From NCBI GenBank assembly GCA_963798915.1, contig CAWCVB010000002.1:352001-416000 (forward strand): a stretch of DNA of 64,000 nt, given 5' to 3'. Under the pieces are notes generated by a model that saw only the letters and a program-made list of their open reading frames with translations, had not been told where the DNA came from and ran no database searches. This document shows, one piece after another, positions 16,421-26,190 of this stretch. Positions within the stretch are counted from its first letter, which is position 1. Each line of letters starts with the position of its first letter. Made by a program: the position numbers and the translations under genes. The DNA comes from an uncultured Gemmatimonadales bacterium. Lineage in GTDB: Bacteria > Gemmatimonadota > Gemmatimonadetes > Gemmatimonadales > GWC2-71-9.

Positions 16421-18471
16421 ATCCGTACCCGGTCGGCGGGTGGCAGGTATTCGCGCTCGTCCGGCGTGACGTTGAATGCCTGGTACCAGGGATCGAGGTT
16501 GCGCACCGTGAGCGCGCGATACTCTCCTGGCGCGTGCCCATCCGTCAGCAGTCGCTGGCGCAGCAGCGGCTCGCGGGACTTGCTGCGCCAGACCTGGCCG
16601 AAGCTGAGGAAGAACTGCTGCTCGCCGGTGAGCCCACCCACGATCGGTGCCTCCTTGCCGCCAAGCGAGGCATGCCACGCATCATAGGCCGCGGTAAGCC
16701 CGGCCAGGTCGGCAATGTTCTCCGTGAGGGTGAGCTTGCCATTGACGGCCAGGTCGCGGAACGGGTGGTACCCGTTGTACTGCTGGACCAGCTGCTCGGT
16801 GGCGGCGTTGAAGTGTGCCAGGTCCTCTGGCGTCCACCAGTTCCGCAGCCGTCCGTCCGCGTCAAAGTTGGCGCCGAGGTTGTCAAAGCTGTGGCTGATC
16901 TCGTGCCCGATCACGGCGCCGATGCCGGCATAATTCATCGCATCAGTGCGAGCCGGATCAAAGAAGGGCGGCTGCAGAATGGCGGCGGGGAAGTTCATGG
17001 CGTTCATGGCCGGCATGTTGACCGCGTTTACCTCCTGCGGTGTCAGGGACCATTCCGTCCGGTCTACCGGCCGGTGCAGCTTGGCGAGATTCTGCCGGTA
17101 CTGATATCGCTCCAGTCGCTCGGCGTTGCCATAGGCGTCGCCGGCGCGAATCTCCAGGCCGTCGTACGTGGGCCAGCGATCCGGGTAGCCGACGCTCACC
17201 CGCAGCGTCTTCAGCTTCCGCCGGGCTTCCGCCCGCGTGGCTGGCGCCATCCAGTCGAGTCGCCCGATGCGCACATCGAATGCGTGAATGATCCCAGCCA
17301 CCATCGCCTCGGCCCGCGCCTTGGCGCTCGCCGGGAAGAACCGCTCAACATACTGGCGCCCTACCGCAAACCCCAGCGCGCTGCTGGTGGCCTGGATGGC
17401 GCGCTGGTCTCGCGCGGCCTGCTCCGGTGCACCGCTCAGCACCTGGCCAAAGAAGGCAAAGTGCTCATGATCAAACGCCGATGGCAGCACGTCGGCCCGA
17501 TGCTCGATGGCATGGTAGGCCAGCAGTGCCTTCCACGATTCGAGCGGCTCGCTGGCCGCCAGCGCCGACAGGCCGGTGATGGCGCTTGGTTGCCAGGCCA
17601 CCAACGTGGCCTGGTCACCCAGGCCGGCGGCCGTAAAGAAGCTCTCCCATTCCAACCCCGGCGCCTTCGATGAGAAATCCGCTCGGGCCCAGTGATTGTC
17701 CCCTTTCACCACATCCCAGGTATCCTCGGGCTTCCAGTGCGTGGCTGCGATCCGGGTCTCCAGCGCCACGACCGCGTCCGCCATCCTGGCCGTGTCGGCA
17801 AACCCGGCGAGGCCGAGCATCCTGGCTACGTGGGTCCGGTATGCCGTCCTGGTGGAATCCATCGCGGGCGAGTCGTCGAGATAGTAACTCCGATCCGGCA
17901 TGGCGAGGCCGCCCTGCAGCAGCGCCGCCGAATTGCGGGAGGGATCGTCGAAATCCTGATCCACCCACAGGCCGAACAGGTTCTCAGTATGGAGCGCGCC
18001 ATCATTGATCACGTCTACGTCGGCCCGCATGGTGGCGCCGATGAAGCGCGCCAGTCCGGTGCGGTCATGGATCGCAGCGATCCGGGCCAGCTCGGGCTTG
18101 AGCGATGCCAGCCGTCGAGCCTCGATGGCAGCGGTGTCGAGATAGGCAGTGTAGAAGTCGCCGATGCGCCGGCGGTCGGAGCCTTGAGCCGCCTTGCTCG
18201 CCGCCGCATCCCGCACCACCTGCTCCAGTTGCTTTCCCGCCGTTCGTGCTGCGACCGAGAACGCGCCGACCGAACTTCGGTCGGCGGGAATCTCGGTCTG
18301 GCGCACCCAGGTGCCGTTGGCATACGTGAAGAAGTCGTCGCCCGGCCGCACGGAGCGATCCATGCCTGCGGTGTCCAGGCCCAGCACCAGTTGCTGCGCC
18401 GTGAGCGGAGTAGCGAGCAGGACGAAGAGTGCACCGACGAGGCGGATGATACGGGCGGAAGCGCGCTTCAT
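16414..18471 (-). CDS. M13 family (neprilysin/PepO-like) metallopeptidase
   Basis: PGDDFFTYANGTW, VNA, GHEISHSFD, ENIADLAG. Confidence 0.93.
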   Translation of the reverse strand: MKRASARIIRLVGALFVLLATPLTAQQLVLGLDTAGMDRSVRPGDDFFTYANGTWVRQTEIPADRSSVGAFSVAARTAGKQLEQVVRDAAASKAAQGSDRRRIGDFYTAYLDTAAIEARRLASLKPELARIAAIHDRTGLARFIGATMRADVDVINDGALHTENLFGLWVDQDFDDPSRNSAALLQGGLAMPDRSYYLDDSPAMDSTRTAYRTHVARMLGLAGFADTARMADAVVALETRIAATHWKPEDTWDVVKGDNHWARADFSSKAPGLEWESFFTAAGLGDQATLVAWQPSAITGLSALAASEPLESWKALLAYHAIEHRADVLPSAFDHEHFAFFGQVLSGAPEQAARDQRAIQATSSALGFAVGRQYVERFFPASAKARAEAMVAGIIHAFDVRIGRLDWMAPATRAEARRKLKTLRVSVGYPDRWPTYDGLEIRAGDAYGNAERLERYQYRQNLAKLHRPVDRTEWSLTPQEVNAVNMPAMNAMNFPAAILQPPFFDPARTDAMNYAGIGAVIGHEISHSFDNLGANFDADGRLRNWWTPEDLAHFNAATEQLVQQYNGYHPFRDLAVNGKLTLTENIADLAGLTAAYDAWHASLGGKEAPIVGGLTGEQQFFLSFGQVWRSKSREPLLRQRLLTDGHAPGEYRALTVRNLDPWYQAFNVTPDEREYLPPADRVRIW

Positions 18472-18812
18472 GATTGCTCCGGTGACCCTGGTGCCCTCAG
18501 CAACCCTACGCCCAGCGCCACGACGCCAATGGCGAGCAGCAGGGCGCCGAGATAGGCCAGGTAGATGAAGCCGTTGGGCTCACGTGCATCGGCGTGGAGC
18601 ACGGAGAGAAAGACGGCGGCGGGCAACAGGATGGCGGCGGACGGGATGAAGCTGCGCACCAGTTGGCCGGCACGCCACAGATTCTGGCGGAGCGGGTTGT
18701 CCATGTAAGCCGGGTCCCCGATCAGGAGGCGGAGCAGGTTTACCCCGCCATAGATAACCGTTGGCCATACGATCAGGATGATACCCGCCACCCGTCGTGA
18801 GGCATGGCTCAT
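18468..18812 (-). CDS. Membrane protein, probably with an internal deletion
   Basis: NPLRQNLWRAG joined directly to LVRSFIP; recalled homologues carry an HAHAG segment here. Confidence 0.55.
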   Translation of the reverse strand: MSHASRRVAGIILIVWPTVIYGGVNLLRLLIGDPAYMDNPLRQNLWRAGQLVRSFIPSAAILLPAAVFLSVLHADAREPNGFIYLAYLGALLLAIGVVALGVGLLRAPGSPEQS

Positions 18813-18985
18813 GGTGTGCCCTCCTTGAGCGGTCGGCCGGACATCAGGCATTGGCCGGTGCCATCAAGCTGCCGGAGCCGGGTGCGGCCGGCAACCCTGC
18901 CCGGCGGCACCGCCTTCACTTTCCTTTCATCGTGCGTTCACCTGAAGCGTCCCAGATTGAGCCTGACTCGGTCCGGGAGCAGGCG

Positions 18986-19165
18986 ATGCCCTATGCTGGC
19001 GTGACGGTTTTCATCCTCTTCTTCGGCCTGGCGCTGCTGGATGCATTGCGGGACGGGCAGTGGTTTCGGGCGTTGCTCTGGATTGCGGCAGGGGCCGCGT
19101 TCTGGCTGCTGGAGCGACGCGGCCGTCTGGCCCGGGCTCGCCGACGCGGGGCAGGGAGCCCATAG
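18986..19165 (+). CDS. Small membrane protein
   Basis: ATG after GGAG; two hydrophobic segments. Confidence 0.55.
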   Translation: MPYAGVTVFILFFGLALLDALRDGQWFRALLWIAAGAAFWLLERRGRLARARRRGAGSP

Positions 19166-19197
19166 GACCCGGGCGAATCGCCAGGCAAATGCGGAAG

Positions 19198-19689
19198 CTA
19201 CCGGTCGGGCGCCGTGACCGGCCGGCTCGCGCTTGCCTCGATAATCATGCGATAGGGGTCTGACGGGCTCTCGACATCCCACTGCAACCGCAGCGACGTC
19301 TCGCCCCATTCGATACAGGCATGGTAGCGGTCCTGGCCGCACTGATGCGGACCGGTCGCGATCCAGCGCCCTGCCGTATCCGGATACAGCTGGACCAGCT
19401 GGGTTGGGCTGCCAGCGCCTCGGCGCAGGTGGCTCAACTCCAGCCCCACGCCGTCCGGCATGGTCCGCCAGCATGTGGTGTTGTGGAATCGAAGTCCCGT
19501 GAGCGGTCCGGTGGCCCACTCTCCCTCTTCATGCCAGGTCACGGCCGATGGATCGGCCGCATTCTCTTTGACACGAATGCTGCCGGTCGCGGTGTGCACC
19601 TCGTCCCGGCCGCTCGCGCCACGCGCCTCGACCCGCACGGCCAGGTGCCGAACCAGCGCCAGGAGATGCCACGGCGATTGATTGCTCAC
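19198..19689 (-). CDS. DUF6314-like protein
   Basis: WHEEG.W, HLRRG, H.CG.DRY, W.V..P motifs; GTGA overlap with the upstream stop. Confidence 0.65.
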   Translation of the reverse strand: MSNQSPWHLLALVRHLAVRVEARGASGRDEVHTATGSIRVKENAADPSAVTWHEEGEWATGPLTGLRFHNTTCWRTMPDGVGLELSHLRRGAGSPTQLVQLYPDTAGRWIATGPHQCGQDRYHACIEWGETSLRLQWDVESPSDPYRMIIEASASRPVTAPDR

Positions 19690-20363
19690 CTGAATTGATC
19701 TGCCGCCGGATTCCAGAATTCTCCCGTCAGGCCCAGATGGTCAAAGATCGCCTTCATTTCTTCGGGGCCCGGGCGGCGCGCGTTCGCTTCCAATCGGGTC
19801 GAATACCAGGCGCGGGCCAGCCCCCAGAGCTGGGGAATTGTGACCAGCGGCCGCATCGGCGTGCCCTGCTGCGCGCACCATTCGCGCACCATTTCTTCCG
19901 ACCGGAAGAATAGCATGCGGCTTCAGGTGAATCCGATATCGTCCCACCATTGTGATGCGGGGAGGAGGCAATGAAAGAGCCAGCTTGACGGCTCCGGTCC
20001 GTCTGGTCCCACCTGCAGGCGCAGCGGTTCGCCTGACTGTTCGCACCGGGAACGCACCTCGGCCGGCTGCCGCAGGGCGGCCGGGACACCCAGGGCATCC
20101 CAGGCGCAGTTGGCGAAGTATTGCGTGCCGTTGCAGACAACCGCGTGGTGGGTTGGCACACCCGAGAAAGGCGGTGCCATCCGGATGGAGCTTCCGTCGG
20201 GCTCGAGTACGAGCACCCGCCGCGCCGCGAGTCGCGCATAGGCGGCGAGCACTGCAGGCACGTCGGCCCTTACCCGCGCTGCCACGTCCTCGACCGAAGG
20301 GCGGTTGCCTGTCTCGGCGAAGTGGCGGTACACCGCCAGTCTGGTTTCGCTGTCGAAATCCAT
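19686..20363 (-). CDS. merB: MerB-like organomercurial lyase, putative selenoprotein (UGA at 19923-19925 = Sec)
   Basis: N-terminal HTH, PFS..PT.H, NCAWDA (Cys96/Asp99 equivalent), SRC (Cys117 equivalent), DIGFT-U-SRMLFFRSEE (Cys159 equivalent); the two ORF-track pieces are in frame. Confidence 0.85.
19884..19919 (-). promoter_or_regulatory. Bacterial SECIS-like hairpin
   Basis: mRNA UGA-AGCCGCAUGCUA-UUCUUCC-GGUC-GGAAGAA; perfect 7-bp stem 12 nt after UGA, extendable with CGCAU/GUGCG. Confidence 0.75.
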
Positions 20364-20365
20364 GG

Positions 20366-21311
20366 TCAACCAAGTCCTTCCACGAACCCGCGACGCCAGC
20401 TGGCGTAGGCGGGCTGCCAGCCCAGTTGCCTTCCTGGCCTTGGCGTTGGAACCACCGCGGCTCAGCGTCATCATGGACACGCCTCCTTCACCGATCAGCA
20501 GCCGTGCAAGCCAGGCCGGCACGTGGCGTGGCGGCTTGGCGCCCAGGACCTCGGCCAGGAACGGCAGCCAACTCGAGACCGGCGCCGGTTCGTCGTCTAC
20601 CACATTGTAAATGCCCGGATCGCCCCGGGACATCGCCGCCGCCGTGGCCGTGGCAACGTCTGCTATATGAATGAAGGACCAGATGCCTGCTCCATTGCCC
20701 ACGACGGGAAACTTGCGCTGAAGAATCAGCTCTGGCAGCAGGGCTCCGCGGGCAATGCCGGTGCCCGGCCCGTAAAGCGAGCCGTAGCGAAGCGCCAGGG
20801 CCTCGAGATCGGTCGCAGTGCGAACGCGATCTTCAAGGTAGCGGATGGCCGCGAGGGTTCGCCTGAAGCTCGCGGGCGGGTGGGGATCCAGGGGCGCGTC
20901 TTCGTCCTTGACCGGTCCCCCCTCCCGCGCGAAGGGCCAGCCGCAGTAGCTCTGCGCAATGAATCGCCGGGCACCAGCCTGGCGGGCCGCGGCGAACAGG
21001 GTATCGGTGACCTCGGTGCGGAAGCGATTGGTGAGGGCAAACTCCTGGTCGAACTTCCTGAAGTTTCCGCTCAGATGTGCGAGTGCCGTGAGTTCGTGCA
21101 TCACGACCTCGGGCCCGCTTTCTACGACGGCCGCGGTCAGCGCCTCACGATCGAGTGCGTCGGCGATGGCCGGCCGGGCGCCCTGTGCTTCCACCTCCTG
21201 CGCCTTCTCCCTGCTCCGCACCAGCGCGGTCACCTCGTGGCCCTGCTGGACCAGCAGCGGTACGAGGCTCTTGCCTACCGCCCCCGTGCTTCCCGCGATG
21301 AATACTTTCAT
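20366..21311 (-). CDS. NAD-dependent epimerase/dehydratase; +1 frameshift near 20429
   Basis: VFIAGSTGAVG, LRYG..YGPG, SFIHIADVA; the natural C-terminus QLGWQPAYASWRRGFVEGLG* lies in another frame. Confidence 0.85.
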
Positions 21312-21387
21312 GACTTCTCCGTGCTCAGTGCAGCCACACTCCTGGCCGTGCGGGCCGCCTGAATCGAGACGAATCTCTCACCTGGTG

Positions 21388-23964
21388 TCAGGGCGCCAGC
21401 TGCACCACGCGCCGCTCGACGTCGGTTCCCAGCGACACACCTACGGTCATGAACATCCCGGTGTGACCTTGCAGCCGTCCCCCTTCCACCACCCGAAGGT
21501 CCAGAGGCGTCCGGATTCTGAATTGCTGCTCGCCTCGTCCCTCTACCGTCGCAATGTAGCGACCATGCTCCTGGCGCCAGTCGAGCAGCCGGAGCCCGCG
21601 CGACGGGTCTCCCGGTTCCGGGCGGGTCTGTTGCGGCACCAGTTCGGCGCCGCCCGAAAACTGAATGTCGACAGCCGCGGAGTCGGCGAGCGACGTCTCG
21701 AAGGCCGGAGAAATGTCGTGCGGGGTTGCGACCGCGCGATATTCCACGGCCTTTCCATTGACGCTGACATGTGTGATGGTGGCACCGAGGGGAAGCGAGG
21801 GCTGCAGTTGGATATTGAGCGGCCTGGTGCCCTGCAGGCGGTGCAGCGCAAGCTGCAGCCGTCCCGGCTCACGCCGGATCGTGACGTCCAGCTTGCCGCA
21901 GCCGCTGTCGAGCCGCCGCAGCGTGAGTCGGTCCCAGTCAGCCGGCAGCTGGGGTGAGAGCATCACGCGGCAGTGCGGCGCATCTGCCCGGAAGCCCGCC
22001 AACCCGCGCAGCAGTGGCGTGATGAGCATGGAGGTCGAGAAGAACTGGTCCGGCATCGCGGTGTCCAGCGGGTCATAGAATGCTGCGGACATCAGCTCCG
22101 GCTGAACGCCGAGTGCAAAGTCATCGCCTGTGCGGGCAATGTCGCGGATGAGGTCATAGCCTGCCCAACCCCTGCGGGTCTGATAATCGGCCCACGCGGC
22201 AAAGCCGGTGACGAAGGGCCAGACGGCGCCGTTGTTGTAGTGCAGCGGCTCATAGAGCGGATGCATCCGGTCGAGCGTCCGGACGCCCCAGTCAGTGGTG
22301 ACCCGGTCGCTGGCCACCTGGGTCATCATCTGCCGCGCGTGGCCGGCGTCGAGCTGGCCAAAGGCGATGGCCGTCGCGGGCCACACCGTGAGCGCATCGT
22401 TCAGGCTGGTCTTCCCGTGGTCGTCCTCCAGCAGCGCGAAAGCATAGCGGCCGCTCCGCGCCATCCAGAAGCGCTGTTCAAGACTCGCGGCCGCCTTGTC
22501 GTGCAACGCGTCCAGCTCGGTCGCCAGCGCCGAGTCGCCGCGGGCGCGCGCCATGTCACGCAGTCCCTCGAGCGCCGCGACCCAGACACCGGCCAGGTAG
22601 ATGTCAGTGTGCAGCCGGTCACCGAGGTTGCCCACTTCAATGGCGCCGACTCCGGAGCCAGGGTTCTCCATCAGTCCATCGCCGTCAGTATCGCTCTTCC
22701 GGGACCAGCGATAGGCGAGCAGCAGCTTGTCCCACGTCGCGTCGATCCATGCCTGGTCACCTGAGGCGCGCCAGTACTCAGCGCACGCCAGGATCCAGTA
22801 TGGAGTCGTATCACCATGGTACCAGGTATAGGGATAGTCAGTCCACCACGGCAGACGCGCGGCGGAGTGGGAAATCTCGTGGGGAATCTTGCCGTCGGCG
22901 CGCTGGTACTTGCCAAGGAAGGAGAGCCCCTGGCGCACCAGGCCGAATTGCCCGAGCGCGTCCATGGCGAAGGAGTTGATGGCGGCGTCGCCACCGAAAT
23001 ACCAGCCGAATCCGGGACGGAAATTTCCCGGGCCGGCCTTGCCGTAGCCGGCCACCAGCCCGCAGCCCAGGTCGGGATTGCACACCAGTTGGCGATCGAG
23101 GCTCAGCTTGGCCCATTCGAAAGCGCGATTGAAGCCGGCATCCGGCGATTCGATCGAGACCAGCGAGTCGGCGACCTCGCGGAAATGTGCCACCTTGCGA
23201 TCCACCTGCTCACGAGCCGTTGCCAGCAGCCGGTTGGCCACGGCCCAGACCGAATCCTGCGACATCACGCCACCGGCAATCACGATCGGCAGGAAATGCG
23301 TCCGCGCCATCGCGGTGTCGATGGCCATCCGGAACTGTGAACCGAACGCGGGGGCGTCATGCGCGGCATGCAGCGTCCCCGACGTGGCCGCCGGTGACGC
23401 GACCACGCCGTTGATGGCCCACACCCCGCCCTGGGTCAACAGGAAGCCGCGATGCGCAGCATCCCACCCGATATGCTGGCCGCCAAAGCCGCCGGGCCAG
23501 GCCAGATTGAAGTCGGCGTGGAGGTGCACGATCACCTCCAGTGGGTGCACCGACTCCACATCGAGCAGGATCAGCGCACCTGGCTCGTCCAGAGCGGCTA
23601 GCACATGGGCCTTGACGGTGAAGGACGGATGCGAATAGACGATGGTCTTGTAGCCCGGATGAACGATGACCCGTCGGGCGACCGTGCTTGCCTCGATCGG
23701 GTCATCGTAATCGGGGATCTTGAATGCAAACGACAGATCGCGGACCAGTTTGATGGGCCAGGTCCAGGCTTCGAAGCCGCCGGTCTCATCGCCAAAGAGC
23801 GCGGCTCGGCGCCCTTCGTCTCCGAGGTAGACGCCAGGCCGTGCCGGCCCCTCCATATCGAGCGGCGACTCGGGCAGCGGAAATCTGGGGATGCCGGTGG
23901 GCGCCTGGGCCGCCGCCGACGCCGCGCCCAGCCCCAGCATCGCAGCGACCAGGATCGGGCGCAT
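21388..23964 (-). CDS. Secreted amylo-alpha-1,6-glucosidase-like (six-hairpin) glycoside hydrolase
   Basis: Signal peptide, GFGWYFGGDA, DGKIPHEIS, DTDGDGL, YNNGAVWPF. Confidence 0.8.
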   Translation of the reverse strand: MRPILVAAMLGLGAASAAAQAPTGIPRFPLPESPLDMEGPARPGVYLGDEGRRAALFGDETGGFEAWTWPIKLVRDLSFAFKIPDYDDPIEASTVARRVIVHPGYKTIVYSHPSFTVKAHVLAALDEPGALILLDVESVHPLEVIVHLHADFNLAWPGGFGGQHIGWDAAHRGFLLTQGGVWAINGVVASPAATSGTLHAAHDAPAFGSQFRMAIDTAMARTHFLPIVIAGGVMSQDSVWAVANRLLATAREQVDRKVAHFREVADSLVSIESPDAGFNRAFEWAKLSLDRQLVCNPDLGCGLVAGYGKAGPGNFRPGFGWYFGGDAAINSFAMDALGQFGLVRQGLSFLGKYQRADGKIPHEISHSAARLPWWTDYPYTWYHGDTTPYWILACAEYWRASGDQAWIDATWDKLLLAYRWSRKSDTDGDGLMENPGSGVGAIEVGNLGDRLHTDIYLAGVWVAALEGLRDMARARGDSALATELDALHDKAAASLEQRFWMARSGRYAFALLEDDHGKTSLNDALTVWPATAIAFGQLDAGHARQMMTQVASDRVTTDWGVRTLDRMHPLYEPLHYNNGAVWPFVTGFAAWADYQTRRGWAGYDLIRDIARTGDDFALGVQPELMSAAFYDPLDTAMPDQFFSTSMLITPLLRGLAGFRADAPHCRVMLSPQLPADWDRLTLRRLDSGCGKLDVTIRREPGRLQLALHRLQGTRPLNIQLQPSLPLGATITHVSVNGKAVEYRAVATPHDISPAFETSLADSAAVDIQFSGGAELVPQQTRPEPGDPSRGLRLLDWRQEHGRYIATVEGRGEQQFRIRTPLDLRVVEGGRLQGHTGMFMTVGVSLGTDVERRVVQLAP

Positions 23965-23965
23965 G

Positions 23966-25132
23966 CTACCTCACTGGCTCGACGCTGAAGGTCCACACCG
24001 TTTCCGAGCGGTAGTGCTGGTCCGGCTCCAGGATGGTGGAGGGAAAGCCAGGATGGTTGGGAGAATCAGGAAAGTGCTGCGTCTCGAGCGCGAGTCCGGT
24101 GCGATGCCGATACACCGTGCCGCCTTTTCCGGTAATCGACCCGTCCAGGAAGTTGCCGGAGTAGAACTGCACCCCGGGTTCGGTGGTGCGAATCTCCAGC
24201 ACCCTGCCGCTGGTCGGGTCGGTGACCCGGGCCGCCAGCCAAATGCCATCGTGGGCGTGGGTGAGCACGAAGTTGTGGTCGTAGCCACCGCCGAAGCGCA
24301 GCTGCTGGTTGTCGGCATTGATCCGCTCCCCGATGGGGTGCGGGCTTCGGAAATCGAATGGCGTGCCCGCCACCGGCACGATGTCGCCGGTGGGAATCAG
24401 CGTGCTGTCCACTGGCGTGAAGGAGTCCGCGGCGATCATCAGCTCGTGGCCCAGGATATCGCCCGAGCCGGCAAGGTTGAAATAGGAATGCTGGGTCAGG
24501 TTGACGGGCGTTGCCTTGTCGGTCTTGGCCTCGTAGTCGATGATGAACTGATTGCCGTCAGTCAGGGTGTAGGTGACCGTGGCCTGCAGCGTTCCGGGGT
24601 AGCCCTCGTCGCCGTCCGCACTGGTATGCCGCAACACGACGCCCCGCCGGCGCGCGTCCTCGAAGGGTTGCGCCTGCCATACCACCTTGTCGAAGCCACG
24701 GACGCCGCCGTGCAGTGCATTGGGACCGTTGTTGGTCGCCAGATGGTAGGTGGTGCCATTGAGCGTGAAGCGACCCTTGGCGATCCTGTTGCCGTAGCGG
24801 CCGACGATGGCGCCGAAGTAGGGCGAATCCTTCAGGTATCCCGCCAGACTGTCATATCCCAGCACCACGTCGCCCAGTGTTCCGTTGAGGTCGGGTACCT
24901 TGAGGGAGACGATGATGCCGCCGTAGGTCATGATCCGCACTTCCATGCCATGCGAATTCGTGAGCGTGAACAGCTCGACCGCTTCGCCGCCAGGCGTGGT
25001 GCCGAACGGGGCGCGTGTCACTGGTTCCTCCTGGGCTCTGGGCGCGTCCGGTTTCCTGGTGGAGCAAGCGGCCAGGCCGGCGAGCAAGGCCAGGCAGGAG
25101 CGGCGAAGCGGCTGCTTCATGATTCTGGTCAT
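23966..25132 (-). CDS. galM: Aldose 1-epimerase (lipoprotein)
   Basis: LAAC lipobox, GRYGNRI, LHGG, NLTQHSYFNL, GYDHNF, LETQHFPDSPN. Confidence 0.93.
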   Translation of the reverse strand: MTRIMKQPLRRSCLALLAGLAACSTRKPDAPRAQEEPVTRAPFGTTPGGEAVELFTLTNSHGMEVRIMTYGGIIVSLKVPDLNGTLGDVVLGYDSLAGYLKDSPYFGAIVGRYGNRIAKGRFTLNGTTYHLATNNGPNALHGGVRGFDKVVWQAQPFEDARRRGVVLRHTSADGDEGYPGTLQATVTYTLTDGNQFIIDYEAKTDKATPVNLTQHSYFNLAGSGDILGHELMIAADSFTPVDSTLIPTGDIVPVAGTPFDFRSPHPIGERINADNQQLRFGGGYDHNFVLTHAHDGIWLAARVTDPTSGRVLEIRTTEPGVQFYSGNFLDGSITGKGGTVYRHRTGLALETQHFPDSPNHPGFPSTILEPDQHYRSETVWTFSVEPVR

Positions 25133-26067
25133 TCCGGCTCGACGGTGAAGGGCACCAGCATGTGCTTGGTCCGGGTATGGGGCACTTCGGCGATCCAGGC
25201 GTACTCGCCGGGCTCGAATGTCGCCGTGAGGTAGCCCACCGAGCCGGCTGGCATCTCGTTGACGCCGCCAAGAAAAGTAGCCGGTGCCGGGACCTGCAGG
25301 CCTGCCGGACTGCTCCAGTCCATCCACGCCGCGAGCGAATCCAGGTTGGCATTGGGCTGAAGCTTGAGCAGGTGGACGTCGTGTCCCACGAAATTTTCAT
25401 GAGCCCGCTGGTCGGCAAAGTGCACGGCGACGGTCTGGATGCCCGCTACCGGCTTCCCCTCAACCCGGATTCCGCTATCGGCAGAGATGGTGAGGCTTAC
25501 ATCCGCCCGGGGTTCGGCGGCGCCTGACGCGGGCGCAGTCACCGTGAACTGGTGGACCATGCCCCAGGCCGAGGTGTCGCGATTGAATGAATGGAACGTG
25601 CCGCCGGACTTGACGTAGCACTCGAGGAGATAGGTCCCCGGGCTGAGCCTGATGGTGGACTGCGATGTCTGCCCGGGACCGGTGAGCCCCGGCCCGCCCA
25701 TGAAGACGACCTGCTGGAACCAGGTGGGCAGCCTGCCGAATGCGGCCATGGCCGAGTCGGGCTGTCCGGCGATGAGCCGGTCCATGCCGGCTTGGAACAC
25801 CGGCGCCACTTCCTTCTGCTGCCGAGCTGCGTCCACGCCCTCGGGCAGGCGTTCCACCACCGCGAAGTGGGTGACGGGCGAGGTGTTGTGGAAGCGAATG
25901 GTGACCCAGCCCGCCGGCACGGTGTCGGGCGCCTCGAACGACAGCCCGGTGGCCACTACGTTCATCGTGCCGGGCTGGTCGGTCCGCTCGGCGGCACTTC
26001 TGTCAGCACAGCCGAGCAGCGGGAGGGCGAGGAGGGTGGCGGCGAGCGTGGTGCGGCGGCATGGCAT
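25129..26067 (-). CDS. Lipoprotein with two cupredoxin-like domains
   Basis: LLGC lipobox; PGTYLLECY...H...GM; second repeat PGEYAWI. Confidence 0.65.
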   Translation of the reverse strand: MPCRRTTLAATLLALPLLGCADRSAAERTDQPGTMNVVATGLSFEAPDTVPAGWVTIRFHNTSPVTHFAVVERLPEGVDAARQQKEVAPVFQAGMDRLIAGQPDSAMAAFGRLPTWFQQVVFMGGPGLTGPGQTSQSTIRLSPGTYLLECYVKSGGTFHSFNRDTSAWGMVHQFTVTAPASGAAEPRADVSLTISADSGIRVEGKPVAGIQTVAVHFADQRAHENFVGHDVHLLKLQPNANLDSLAAWMDWSSPAGLQVPAPATFLGGVNEMPAGSVGYLTATFEPGEYAWIAEVPHTRTKHMLVPFTVEPE

Positions 26068-26190
26068 GATGGCAGCTCCGGTGGCGGGGTGTCCTTCGGT
26101 TTTACGGGGTCACCCCGGGCCTGTCAACCGGCTGCGGCGGCTGGAGCGTCGGCTCGCCCGCCGGGCAGGTGATTCGCACCGCATTCGGAG

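Noticed and set aside
19686..19916. Independent 76-aa protein
   Set aside because: It is the in-frame C-terminal part of MerB and has no clear SD; reinitiation is not fully excluded
19923..21311. 462-aa epimerase-MerB fusion as given in the ORF track
   Set aside because: Explained by one extra base near 20429; MerB has its own ATG and continues past the UGA
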